DNA from: a virus
Lineage: Duplodnaviria; Caudoviricetes
Length of the DNA: 38,464 nt
Virus record (IMG/VR): IMGVR_UViG_3300033416_000019
Coordinates: 1-38,464 of that record
Reading direction: 5' to 3' (one strand)
In this document: positions 18,821 to 28,488 of the stretch, in pieces
Layout of the letters: each line of letters opens with the position of its first letter
How positions within the stretch are numbered: the stretch's first letter is position 1
The notes under the pieces: generated by a model
What the model saw: the letters and a program-made list of their open reading frames with translations, nothing else
Database searches by the model: none
What the model was told of the DNA's origin: nothing
Translations under genes and position numbers: made by a program

Positions 18821-19285
18821 GTGCCTAGCCCAACTGCTGCCGGGAAACTAGCCAACTTTGAGAATGAGCTTGAAACGGAGTTGCTGGCCTTTGCCCAGGA
18901 AGTGGAAAACTGGACGCGCGGTCAGCGTGACTTGTATTGGGATAATGATACAGGTTCTGCCGACGCGTCTATCACCGGGTTTGTAGTGGATGTGGAAGAC
19001 CCGATGAAGAACGTGAACAGGTCGCCATGGCCAGAGGCTAGATCTGGCATAGTGAGGTCGCGCCACCGCAACCCCCCGGCGCACTATACCCCAACCCAAC
19101 CAGACCTTGATCCGCCGCCACCCGACACGATTATGGAAGTCGGGCTATCAGTGAACACTGAGTACGCTGAGTTCATCGGTGCAGAAAGGGGATCCGATTC
19201 AGTCGTCGATCTCCTTGAAGAAGCCCTGGCCTTCAATACGCGAGCGCTGGTTGACCACGTACTGAACGCTTGGAGGAATGCCTAA
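18821..19285 (+). CDS. HK97 gp10-like neck/tail-completion protein
   Basis: W.N.TG.A..SI and V..NTEYA.F motifs. Confidence 0.55.
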   Translation: MPSPTAAGKLANFENELETELLAFAQEVENWTRGQRDLYWDNDTGSADASITGFVVDVEDPMKNVNRSPWPEARSGIVRSRHRNPPAHYTPTQPDLDPPPPDTIMEVGLSVNTEYAEFIGAERGSDSVVDLLEEALAFNTRALVDHVLNAWRNA

Positions 19286-22200
19286 TGCCAGCTGTCGATT
19301 CAGTACATGTCATTTTCAGGGTAATAGGGCTAAACAACCTTCAGCAAGCGCAGACCCTGCTGGCTCAGATCGCCGCGTACAATAATAGGTCGATCAACAT
19401 CAGGGTTGGGTCATCGCAGCAACTGTCTCAGATTAGTTCGATGAACAGCGGTGTGATGAAGCTGGTTAGCAGCATCGCTGGTGCCCCCGCGCGCCTAGCC
19501 AGCTTCGCTGATGGATTTGTCCACCTTGGGCAAGTGATGTCTACGTTTGCCTACCGCATGACGCTGGTCACTGCGCCTATTACGGCGTTCGTGGTTACGG
19601 TTGGCAAGTCAGCTATTGAGCTAGAGAAGTCTACGTTGAAGGTGGCAACACAGATTGAGGGGACTAAGGAAGAGGCGGTAGCCTTCGCGCGCGAAGTGGA
19701 AGATGCGATGACCGACTTGGCTATCAAGACTTCCAAGTCTGCCACCGAGCTATCCAACGCGCTATACTTAGTCCTCTCATCGATGACCGTGGCAAGGCAA
19801 GACGCCATAGCCATGATGGAACCGATTGCTAAGGCTGCTGTTGCTGGTGTATCGGATATGGAGAGCGTGGTCAAAGCCGTGACCACGGCGTTCAACGTCT
19901 ACGGCGACGAATTGGCCAAGTATGGCGACATGCAGTCACAGGCTACGCACATAGTAGACGTATTCTTTGAGGCAGTGCGTAAAGGTAGGGCGGAGCTGAC
20001 GGATATCGCCAACGGCTTCGGTCGGGTCGCTGAGATGGGCAAGCTGGCTGGCAGCAGCTTCGAAGAAGTGACGGCCATGATCGCTGCACTGTCCCGCGTG
20101 TTCACCGCTGGTCAGGCCACCACCTCAGCTGAGAACTTCTACAAGACACTGGTCGATCCCACCAAGCAGGCAAGGGATGCCTGGGAGGAGTTGGGGATAT
20201 CCATGTACGAGACGGTGGATGGGATTACCCAGCGCCGTCCGGCTATGGAAGTCTTCGTAGAACTGATAGAGAAGCTGAAAGCTGGTGATATTAAGGAAGC
20301 TGATGAGGCGCTGACTACACTGTTCGGCACCATCCGCGGCCTGCGTGCGGCCTTAGTCCTCACGGATACCACGGCGCTCAAGGAGATGCTTGGCTGGTCT
20401 AAGCAATGGGCTAAGCAAGCACCCGACCTGGAAAGCATGATACAGGGCATAGGCAAATACTTCTCCATCACAGCGGAGGGAGTGTTGTTCTTGTTAGACG
20501 TCCTGAAGCGGCTTGGTGAGGCGCTTGGCAAGGATATGTTGGGTGCGTTCCGCGGGGATATCGCTGGCGCGGTGAAGGGATTCAACGAGATATTGAAGCT
20601 GATTAGAGAGATGGATCCCGCGATGCAAAAGACCGTATGGCAGTGGGCGCTGTTCGCTATTGCCCTTGGCCCTCTTACCCTGTTGCTTGGTACGCTGACG
20701 ATGGGCATTGGCGGACTGCTTACTACTATCGGGCAGCTGCTCACGCCGATGGGACTGGCTGGGTTGACAGTGCTTTGGGGGACGTTTGGCGACACGATTA
20801 AGAAGGCGTGGGAAACGATAAAGAGCTATACTGGAGAGTTGGGTTTCAAGGGGCTGATCAAGCTGGTGGCCGACCTTGCTGTTGAATTTGGTGTGCTGAA
20901 GCAGGAACAAGCCGATAAGGTATTGGAAGGGATCGGGATAGCGGCTGGGGACGTCAATTCTGCTGGCGTAGAAAAGCTCAAGGACAAGCTTGGTGAACTG
21001 GGGATAGCGATAAAGGGCCAGGACACCGTGCTTGGCAAGTTCAAAGCAGTGCTTAGCGGCACCGGGATAATCGATGAGCAGGGCGCTAAGAACTTCGACG
21101 CGTTTGTGGAAAGTATAAATAAGCTAGGGGAGAAGGCGGCTGGGCTATGGGATAAGATCAAGAACTTCTTCTTGGGGGTGGCGCAGTTCATCGATGAGAC
21201 GTCCAAGGGGGAGAATAAGACCGGGAAGACGCTGCAGTTCCTTGGTGAGCTGATATCTACGCTGCTGAGGCTAGAAGAGCTTGACTTCAGCTCGGTTGAT
21301 GGTATCGCCAAGGCGATTGACAGTATCGCCAGCGCTCTGTTGGCTGTAGCGGCTGCGTCTATGGGCGTGACCGTGCTGTCTGGTCTTGTTAAGGTGCTCA
21401 TGCCGCTTCTTGGATTGTCAGCTCCATTGTCCTTGCTTGCCGCCGTGCTGGGCGCAGGGATCGGGGTGGGCCTTGGAGAACTCAGCCAGTATAAAGGGGA
21501 AAGGAAGAAGGGCATCCAGAACTATATGGATGCCTACGGGCTGACGTATGAAGAGGCTTACAATGAGTTCATGCTTGAGACACTCAAGCTCCCGCACAAG
21601 TGGCCAAATGTCGGTGCTAGCGACAAAACCTTCGGTGGCCCACCGAAGCCTACGTGGTTGGATAAAGTGTATGGCCCGATGAACTGGCCAAGGGAGGATT
21701 TCTACCAACTCCAGCAGGCAGCGATATCGCGTGATAAGAGAGAGCAAGACGCCCTATCGCAGACGTATGGGATACCAGGAATGAAGCTCACGGTGCCGGG
21801 GACAGGGTTCATGATCCCTGGCTTGGCCCGCGTGCTATCATTTTTCAAGTCGGCTGGTGGGGTAGGTGAGAAGCTGGCTGGCGCTGGTGGCGGCGCGCTC
21901 AGCGGCATCCAGAACCTCTTCGGCACTGGCGCTAAGGGGATCGTTGACGCTGCTCAGATATGGTGGAGTGAGCTGATGGGCAACGCCGATGTCCCCATGG
22001 ACATGAGAAATGAGATCATATCGACGCTGGCTGGGATTGTGGTCAAGATTGAAGACGCGATGGTGAACGACCCCAACTCCGTCGCCGGGTTGATGGCTGA
22101 GCTAAGCCTGTCATTGCAAGAAAGCGTGCAGGCGGTAGACGCTTACACCAATGCTGAAAAGAATGCTAAGAAGGCTGTAGAGAATGCTGAAGATGCGCTG

Positions 22201-23487
22201 ACCATCATAGGGAAGGCCGTTGGCGGTGACTGGTGGAAGGCGTTCACCGAAGAGCATCGCGGCCAGACGCCGCTGAAGAAATACGATAAGCACGCGCGGC
22301 CAATGCAGGCTGCAATGATCGATAAGTTGTGGGGTGAAGACTTCGCCAGAAAGCATGGCCGTGCCCCAACGGATGAGGAATGGCAGCAACACTGGTATGA
22401 GACTTGGATGCCACTGGAGCAGTACCCCAGTGGCCCGATAGCTGCAGCTGGTACCAATGTACCATTTGCTGCAGAGGCCAATAAGATACTGGAGGGGCTG
22501 AAAGATGAAGCTCTTCCTAACCTTGAGACGTCAGTGGCTGATTTGGAGAAAGCGGTTAGCGATGAGGATGGGCTGATAAGTAATATCAAAACCAACGCGA
22601 CGAAGATTGGCGATAACACCACAGCACTCACGGATAAGGTCGCTCCTGGGCTGTCGGCGGTGGCGGCTGGGCTGGATAGGCTTGTTGGGGCGATGGGCGG
22701 TGGTGGAGACGGGGATGGGGATGGAGACGGAGATGGGGATGGAGATGGGGATGGGGAAGATGATGGTACTCACTCCTGCTTCCCCGCGGGCACAATGATC
22801 CTGATGTCCAACGGAAACCAGAAGCCCATCGAGCTGGTAGTGGTTGGCGATAGGGTTATGGGATGGGGGAGAAATGGCTTGGCTACTGCTGTTGTGCAGG
22901 AGATGGAGTCCCCCATACGTGACCATATGTGCCACGTTGTGTTTGCCGACGGGTCTGTTCTGAAGATGACAAGTGAGCACCCAGTGTATACGCTGGATGG
23001 ATGGAAGTCTGTTGACCCGAAGGAGACGCAGAAGGATTCAGGAATGACTGTAGGGAAGCTGTCGGTCGGCAACAAGGTCATGCGGAGTGATGGAAAGTTC
23101 ATTCAGGTCACGTGCATTTCAACTGTCGCGTGCGAGATCCAGACATACAACCTGAAGCGAGTGTCCAGGAATAACAACTTCTTTGCAGACACCTACCTTG
23201 CACACAACAAGATCATCAAGCAGTCCGGAGGTTACGCCTTTGCCGATGCGCTGTATCGTTTAGCGGAGCATGGGAAGAGAGAGTATGTGATCGCGTCGCC
23301 AACGCTGCACGCCCTGGAGCGGCAGATGGGTGTGGTAACGCAGGAGAAGCTGTTGCGTGGCGGCGGCGCTTCGATTACCATCGGGAACATTGCGCTCCCT
23401 GGGGTGCGGGACGCCCGCGGGTTTGTACTGGAGCTGGAACGGCTGGCTACGGAATCTGACGGGCTGGCCAGGATGGGGTATGTCTAA
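19285..23487 (+). CDS. Tape measure protein (TP901-like core) containing a Hint domain
   Basis: 1400-aa helical protein with SATELSNALY, D.F..AV..G, SFEEV.A.IA.L and a C-terminal GG...AE.G.REYVI motif. TAATG overlap sets the start. Confidence 0.92.
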   Translation: MPAVDSVHVIFRVIGLNNLQQAQTLLAQIAAYNNRSINIRVGSSQQLSQISSMNSGVMKLVSSIAGAPARLASFADGFVHLGQVMSTFAYRMTLVTAPITAFVVTVGKSAIELEKSTLKVATQIEGTKEEAVAFAREVEDAMTDLAIKTSKSATELSNALYLVLSSMTVARQDAIAMMEPIAKAAVAGVSDMESVVKAVTTAFNVYGDELAKYGDMQSQATHIVDVFFEAVRKGRAELTDIANGFGRVAEMGKLAGSSFEEVTAMIAALSRVFTAGQATTSAENFYKTLVDPTKQARDAWEELGISMYETVDGITQRRPAMEVFVELIEKLKAGDIKEADEALTTLFGTIRGLRAALVLTDTTALKEMLGWSKQWAKQAPDLESMIQGIGKYFSITAEGVLFLLDVLKRLGEALGKDMLGAFRGDIAGAVKGFNEILKLIREMDPAMQKTVWQWALFAIALGPLTLLLGTLTMGIGGLLTTIGQLLTPMGLAGLTVLWGTFGDTIKKAWETIKSYTGELGFKGLIKLVADLAVEFGVLKQEQADKVLEGIGIAAGDVNSAGVEKLKDKLGELGIAIKGQDTVLGKFKAVLSGTGIIDEQGAKNFDAFVESINKLGEKAAGLWDKIKNFFLGVAQFIDETSKGENKTGKTLQFLGELISTLLRLEELDFSSVDGIAKAIDSIASALLAVAAASMGVTVLSGLVKVLMPLLGLSAPLSLLAAVLGAGIGVGLGELSQYKGERKKGIQNYMDAYGLTYEEAYNEFMLETLKLPHKWPNVGASDKTFGGPPKPTWLDKVYGPMNWPREDFYQLQQAAISRDKREQDALSQTYGIPGMKLTVPGTGFMIPGLARVLSFFKSAGGVGEKLAGAGGGALSGIQNLFGTGAKGIVDAAQIWWSELMGNADVPMDMRNEIISTLAGIVVKIEDAMVNDPNSVAGLMAELSLSLQESVQAVDAYTNAEKNAKKAVENAEDALTIIGKAVGGDWWKAFTEEHRGQTPLKKYDKHARPMQAAMIDKLWGEDFARKHGRAPTDEEWQQHWYETWMPLEQYPSGPIAAAGTNVPFAAEANKILEGLKDEALPNLETSVADLEKAVSDEDGLISNIKTNATKIGDNTTALTDKVAPGLSAVAAGLDRLVGAMGGGGDGDGDGDGDGDGDGDGEDDGTHSCFPAGTMILMSNGNQKPIELVVVGDRVMGWGRNGLATAVVQEMESPIRDHMCHVVFADGSVLKMTSEHPVYTLDGWKSVDPKETQKDSGMTVGKLSVGNKVMRSDGKFIQVTCISTVACEIQTYNLKRVSRNNNFFADTYLAHNKIIKQSGGYAFADALYRLAEHGKREYVIASPTLHALERQMGVVTQEKLLRGGGASITIGNIALPGVRDARGFVLELERLATESDGLARMGYV
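22696..22767 (+). repeat. Gly-Asp coding repeat linker
   Basis: GGGGDGDGDGDGDGDGDGDGEDDG immediately before the Hint domain. Confidence 0.9.
22777..23208 (+). other. Hint (intein-like) domain, 144 aa, no endonuclease
   Basis: CFPAGT (block A), TSEHP (block B), TYNL...NNFFA...AHN (blocks F/G). The following residue is Lys. Confidence 0.92.
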
Positions 23488-24884
23488 TGGCTTGGCGAAA
23501 CTCTTACTTTATGCTTGGTAGCCTGAACATCAATTCCGGCAACTACACGGTGAAGGGATTCGAGGAAACCACCGAGCCTAAGCAGGCCATATGGGGTAAT
23601 CGTGGCGATGCTGGCGACGGGAGGAGTATCATAGACACGTCGCTGCCGAATAAGAAGTTTATGATAACCCTGTCTATCGTTGGACAGACGGCCACTACTG
23701 ACCTGAATAGCGCCCTGCGGACGCTGTACGAGACGGTGGTAAGGGCGGATGATCCGGACGATACGTTGTGGCTATACCACCGACCGTCGGCTGATGTGGC
23801 TTGGACGGCGATCCGCAAGATCAAGGTGCTGTATGCGGACTGTATGGTGCCGACGGATCAGAAGATGTGGAAGGCGCTGATACTGGACGGGATACAGCTG
23901 TCACTGGAATGCGAAGAGGCGTGGAGAGGGACGGAGATAGAGCTTACTGAGGTTGGCGCGGATGCGAATGTGGAGAACGCCGATGATACAGGGAGAGATA
24001 ACCACTGGGACATCAACGCTACACTGCTGGAAGGGGATATCCCAGGGTTCTGTAGGATAGAGGTGGCGTCCACCCACGGCAACTATAGCGGCTGGCGGAT
24101 AGCGCAGAAGAAGGACTTTTCATCTAACCTAACACTGGAGTTCAGCGGTACAGCGGACGCCACAGCGTCAGGCGGGGAGTTCTATTCCTACTCACCGGGC
24201 ACTACCTGGGGGATTGTTGGCAACAAGACGCTTACTGCGTCTATATACTATGGGCTGTATAGGGTGTTCGCGCGGGTACAAGACAGGGCTATGTCAGGAG
24301 GAGATCACTATCTGAGGATACGGTGGGGTACGGCTACCGCGGTGGACGCTGCGCCGAATGCCACCAGCATGATCACGAATGACCAGCACCGGGTGAAGCC
24401 TAGTATGTATACCGGGGATAATCCGGATAGCCGGGTGTGGGTAGATGTGCCGCTAGGTATGGTAGACTTCAGAGAGAGCTACTGGAAGGCTGGGAGTTAC
24501 GAGCCGCTGTACTTCAGTATCCAGCTGCAGGCGAAGGAGAATAACCTGCCGCTGGCCAGTCTGTACGTGGATAGATTGTATTTGATGCCGCTGGACGAAG
24601 GGTACCTATGGGCTGGAAGGACGGATGGCGCAAGTGTGACTAACGACATACTGATAGCAGACTCCGACAGCGGGAAGGTGTTCGTTGTCAACTCATCCGG
24701 GCAGATCAAGTTCTTCCCGTCGCTTGATGGGAAACCATTCAACCTTGACCCGCACGCCGTGTCAACCATCCGCCTGTTCTTCCTATGGGAAGAGGGCAGC
24801 GCCCCCAGCCAGAACATCATCCGGTCAGGGGGCGTGGACAGGCAAGCCCATGTGAACGTATTCTACATACCGAGGTTCTTATAA
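23487..24884 (+). CDS. Distal tail protein-like, enlarged
   Basis: Directly after the tape measure. Dit-like N-terminus (N....ITL.I.G; L.LEC...W), an inserted beta-domain (GLYRVFARV) and C-terminal Y.PRFL. Confidence 0.65.
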   Translation: MAWRNSYFMLGSLNINSGNYTVKGFEETTEPKQAIWGNRGDAGDGRSIIDTSLPNKKFMITLSIVGQTATTDLNSALRTLYETVVRADDPDDTLWLYHRPSADVAWTAIRKIKVLYADCMVPTDQKMWKALILDGIQLSLECEEAWRGTEIELTEVGADANVENADDTGRDNHWDINATLLEGDIPGFCRIEVASTHGNYSGWRIAQKKDFSSNLTLEFSGTADATASGGEFYSYSPGTTWGIVGNKTLTASIYYGLYRVFARVQDRAMSGGDHYLRIRWGTATAVDAAPNATSMITNDQHRVKPSMYTGDNPDSRVWVDVPLGMVDFRESYWKAGSYEPLYFSIQLQAKENNLPLASLYVDRLYLMPLDEGYLWAGRTDGASVTNDILIADSDSGKVFVVNSSGQIKFFPSLDGKPFNLDPHAVSTIRLFFLWEEGSAPSQNIIRSGGVDRQAHVNVFYIPRFL

Positions 24885-25222
24885 TGGGACAAATGCTATC
24901 CAGGGATCTCCAAGAGGCCGTTAACCAGTTGCTTCCGTACTTTCTGGCGCGGTTCGGGCAGAACGTGGTCGCCGGGGACGTGCTGCCGGACGATACGGCG
25001 TCCAGGGATCTAGGGTCATCGGCACGGAAGTTTGATAACATCCACGCTATGAACATCAGCGCTGATGTGATTCAGGCCGCGCGCGTGCTGGTCGAAGGCA
25101 TCGGCCCTAACTTACTGAAGAATGGTTCCTTTGAGCAAGTGGATAGTGAGCATACCAACCAGCCGCTGTACTGGGTATCCAGTGCGGAGACGAAGGTCAT
25201 CAGGGCGACGGGGAGCGGATAA
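24884..25222 (+). CDS. Small tail-tip protein
   Basis: TAATG overlaps at both ends. GDVLP.....DLGS...F and NLLKNGSFE motifs are typical of tail fibre proteins. Confidence 0.65.
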   Translation: MGQMLSRDLQEAVNQLLPYFLARFGQNVVAGDVLPDDTASRDLGSSARKFDNIHAMNISADVIQAARVLVEGIGPNLLKNGSFEQVDSEHTNQPLYWVSSAETKVIRATGSG

Positions 25223-27450
25223 TGACGCAGGGTATCAATGATCTGACTTTTGCCCTGTTCGGCAAGTACCCATCAGAAAGCATGATCCTTGGGGATATTA
25301 AGTTTGAGAATGTTAGGATAGAGACCATGCTGCACGGTGGGTTTGGGCCTCTGTACGCGTCCTTTGCTGCCTCCACACATGAGGCGTACAAGTGGTATCA
25401 TGATTATTACAACTATCGGCTGAAGGCATATGACAGCAGGAGAGAGGTGGCGTGGGAGGGGAGGATTGAGGATATCAGAACCCTCCCTGGCCGCGGGTTA
25501 AGCATTACCGGGTTCGGCTACTGGCGGAACTGCTTCGACATGCCGATGAAGGATGAAGAGACGTGGGACGATGACGACGAACACTACCCTGATGATATCA
25601 TCAGGACGATCATCCAGCGGTGCTGCCGCCAGATCGTGGACAACTTCAACGACTTCGCTGATATCAACAGGAATGTCGCGCCATGGACGGTCAGCGGCTA
25701 TCGGTATCCAGCGGATTTGATACAGGAGTTGCTAGAGGGTGGGGATAAGTGGGGGACTCCGGCGTACTTCGCGGTATGGGAAGATCAAGAGCCACACCTA
25801 TTCCTGAAGGATAGCACGGTCAAGTGGTTGGTGAGAGTGGAGGACTGTCTAGGCCCACCAGAGCTTACAAGAAGCATGGAGGATCTGGCGACTGCGGTGC
25901 TTATTGAATATACGGTTGAAGGTAAGGCCGGGGATGTGAATGATAGCGGGACGGCGACTGGGGAGAGGGCGAATAATTATGTCACCCTGACGGATTCTGG
26001 CCAAGGGTGGGACGAAGGGCAGTGGGACAGCGGGTTTGACATAGCCATCGTCGGCGGCACTGGCAGTGGGCAGATAAGGGATGTGCTGACTACGCGGATG
26101 CTGCCAGAGGTAGTGGATAGCGGTAGGGTGGTGCCGCTGCGGTACGGCACGATAGTGGCGCAGGAGGCAGACTGCCAGAAGATGCTAGTTGGCACTGGCG
26201 GCGCTACGCAGGACGGGCAGTTCACGTGGCGGCTGGCGGATTATGAAGATGAGCCGCTATGGGCGGATATCATCTCTGGTGTTGGGTCGGGTCAGAAGCG
26301 TGAGATCAACGGAGACATGGCATGGCCTAATTACACCTTCGTCTACGTCACGCCGGACTGGGACGGTGAGGGGACGGACGGGGATCAGTACCCAGGCCAC
26401 CCCGCGGAGAACGCTGGTGGGAAGTACCTGATCTACAAGCCGAATACCCTGGTCACCCAAGGAAAGAGCTGGGTGCACCAGCAATACAATACCGGGTACA
26501 TGGTAGAGATCGTGAAAGGGCGCGGGGCCAGCCAGCGGCGCAAGATCACGGACACCAAGCCATACGTCACCCTTGACGGCTCATGGGACATGCTGGTGTT
26601 AGACGAAGACTGGGAGACCCAGCCAGATGAGACCAGCTACTTTGAGATCCATAAGCAGGTGGAGGTAATGGTCGCTGGGAAGGCCACTGGTGGCAGCTAT
26701 AACACGCTGGTTGATGAGAGTAAGAAGGAGGATGGGTCGTACAAGAGGAACTGGACGGTGGGCCAGTATGACGACGACTATGAAGTAGTTATCACCAACG
26801 GGGCTTGCAGCGGGCAGAAGGCCAGGATCGTGGATACCGCCATACGCACGCTGACGGTTGAGCCGCTATGGGATAACGACATCCCGGACGACACGTCGGA
26901 GTATGAGATCAGAAAGATACTTGAGAAGGAAGATGAGGAAGCGAAGGACGGCCACTGCACGCAGGTGGTGATGACGACAGAGTGGACGACACAGCCCGAT
27001 GACACGTCCGAGTATGAGATCAGGCAGAAGGAGGATGGCGGGGAGCTAGATAGAACAGATACCTTTGTTACCGGACAGGCGGCTAGGGATCTTAACCTAT
27101 CACGGAAGAAGGTGTATAGTATCGGGAAGAGCACCCCAGCGAATGCTAAGAGGGTGGGGAGCCTGCTGAGGAAGAAGCTGAAGGAGCCGCTGCAGCGCGG
27201 TGGTAGCTTTACGATAAGTAAGGTGTATAATAGGCAGTGGTCTGAGCAACCACTGGTGGCGGTGAGGGCCGGGGACACGATAGAGATCGTAGACCTATTC
27301 GAAGGCCAAGAGGAAACAGAAGACTTCGACAACATGCGAAGGTTCTTCATCATGAAGACGGTGTTTGATGCAAGCGCACAGACGCTGGCGATCACTCCTG
27401 ATAATGTGGAGACCAATATCGCCACGCTGATTGCATCGGCAAGGAGATAG
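25222..27450 (+). CDS. Baseplate hub/Tal-like tail protein with repeated inserted modules
   Basis: AWEGRIED, G.GY, VRAGDTI.I.D hub-like motifs, plus four I..G.G.GQ.R.I...W...PD.TS.YEI modules. Confidence 0.65.
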   Translation: MTQGINDLTFALFGKYPSESMILGDIKFENVRIETMLHGGFGPLYASFAASTHEAYKWYHDYYNYRLKAYDSRREVAWEGRIEDIRTLPGRGLSITGFGYWRNCFDMPMKDEETWDDDDEHYPDDIIRTIIQRCCRQIVDNFNDFADINRNVAPWTVSGYRYPADLIQELLEGGDKWGTPAYFAVWEDQEPHLFLKDSTVKWLVRVEDCLGPPELTRSMEDLATAVLIEYTVEGKAGDVNDSGTATGERANNYVTLTDSGQGWDEGQWDSGFDIAIVGGTGSGQIRDVLTTRMLPEVVDSGRVVPLRYGTIVAQEADCQKMLVGTGGATQDGQFTWRLADYEDEPLWADIISGVGSGQKREINGDMAWPNYTFVYVTPDWDGEGTDGDQYPGHPAENAGGKYLIYKPNTLVTQGKSWVHQQYNTGYMVEIVKGRGASQRRKITDTKPYVTLDGSWDMLVLDEDWETQPDETSYFEIHKQVEVMVAGKATGGSYNTLVDESKKEDGSYKRNWTVGQYDDDYEVVITNGACSGQKARIVDTAIRTLTVEPLWDNDIPDDTSEYEIRKILEKEDEEAKDGHCTQVVMTTEWTTQPDDTSEYEIRQKEDGGELDRTDTFVTGQAARDLNLSRKKVYSIGKSTPANAKRVGSLLRKKLKEPLQRGGSFTISKVYNRQWSEQPLVAVRAGDTIEIVDLFEGQEETEDFDNMRRFFIMKTVFDASAQTLAITPDNVETNIATLIASARR

Positions 27451-27454
27451 CGCG

Positions 27455-28480
27455 ATGACCTACCCGTATACTACTATATCCCCGGTGACCACAGAGGTGG
27501 AATGCAATGTGAATTGGGCGAACACCAACATTGTCAACCCACTAAACGACCTGAAGACGTTGCTTGGCAGTGGGGCTGCGTGGAATCAGGCTACCGACCT
27601 ATCTACCTTCCTTGCCGTAGAACATAACGCTGATGGCACGCACAACCTAGCGCTGGCGGAGGGCGATATCCCAGTCCTGACTGACTACCTACCAGTCGAT
27701 GGTAGTGGTGAGATGTTAGGGTCGCTGGATATGAATGGGTATAAAGTCATCTTCGACGCCGACGGTGACTCTAGCATTACCTCTGATACGGATAACCAGT
27801 TTGATATTGAGGTAGCAGGGGCAGATGACTTCCGCATTACCGCTAACACGTTCACCGCCCTGGCTGGGTCGAAGCTCGCGACGGACACCATCGATGAGAC
27901 CACTGGTGATGCCGGAGTCACCGTTGACGGGGTGCTGGTGAAGGATGGCAAGGTAGACGGGATTGACGTAGGTGGTCTGATCACCGGAGAGTTCTTCCTT
28001 CCCGTTGGTGCCGGGTTGCCGCGCGACACGAATGGCTGCGCCGACGCGGTGCAAATAGAATCTGCCACGAATAAGGTCAATCAGCTGGTGTGCGACTTTG
28101 ATCCAGACGCCATTGAGTACATCCAATGGGAGGTCTTCATGCCAGCGAACTACGACGGTGGCACTATCACAGCGAAGTTTATCTGGCAGGCCGATAGCGC
28201 AAGCACGAATAGCGTGATTTGGGGGCTGCAGGGTAGGTCATACGCGGATGGCGATGCGGTGGATCAAGCATTTGGCACAGCGCAAGTGGTGACGGATGCT
28301 AACAACGCGCAGAACGATGAGAACGTGAGCGCAGCTACGTCGGCAATCACACTGGCTGGCACCCCGGTGGCGGGGCAAAGGGTCATCCTACAGGCGTACC
28401 GCAACGCTACGGACGGCAGCGATAATCTTGCTGCCGATGCGCGGCTCAAGGGTGTGCTCCTTACATACACCAAGACATAA
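27455..28480 (+). CDS. Putative tail fibre/receptor-binding protein
   Basis: EHNADGTH, DG...M.G.L.M.G, TIDE.T...GV.VDGV.KDG fibre motifs and a C-terminal beta head (MP.NYDGG). Confidence 0.7.
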   Translation: MTYPYTTISPVTTEVECNVNWANTNIVNPLNDLKTLLGSGAAWNQATDLSTFLAVEHNADGTHNLALAEGDIPVLTDYLPVDGSGEMLGSLDMNGYKVIFDADGDSSITSDTDNQFDIEVAGADDFRITANTFTALAGSKLATDTIDETTGDAGVTVDGVLVKDGKVDGIDVGGLITGEFFLPVGAGLPRDTNGCADAVQIESATNKVNQLVCDFDPDAIEYIQWEVFMPANYDGGTITAKFIWQADSASTNSVIWGLQGRSYADGDAVDQAFGTAQVVTDANNAQNDENVSAATSAITLAGTPVAGQRVILQAYRNATDGSDNLAADARLKGVLLTYTKT

Positions 28481-28488
28481 GGTAGAAC

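Noticed and set aside
22777-23208. Mobile, canonically splicing intein
   Set aside because: No homing endonuclease and the +1 residue is Lys. Reported instead as an intein-like Hint domain.
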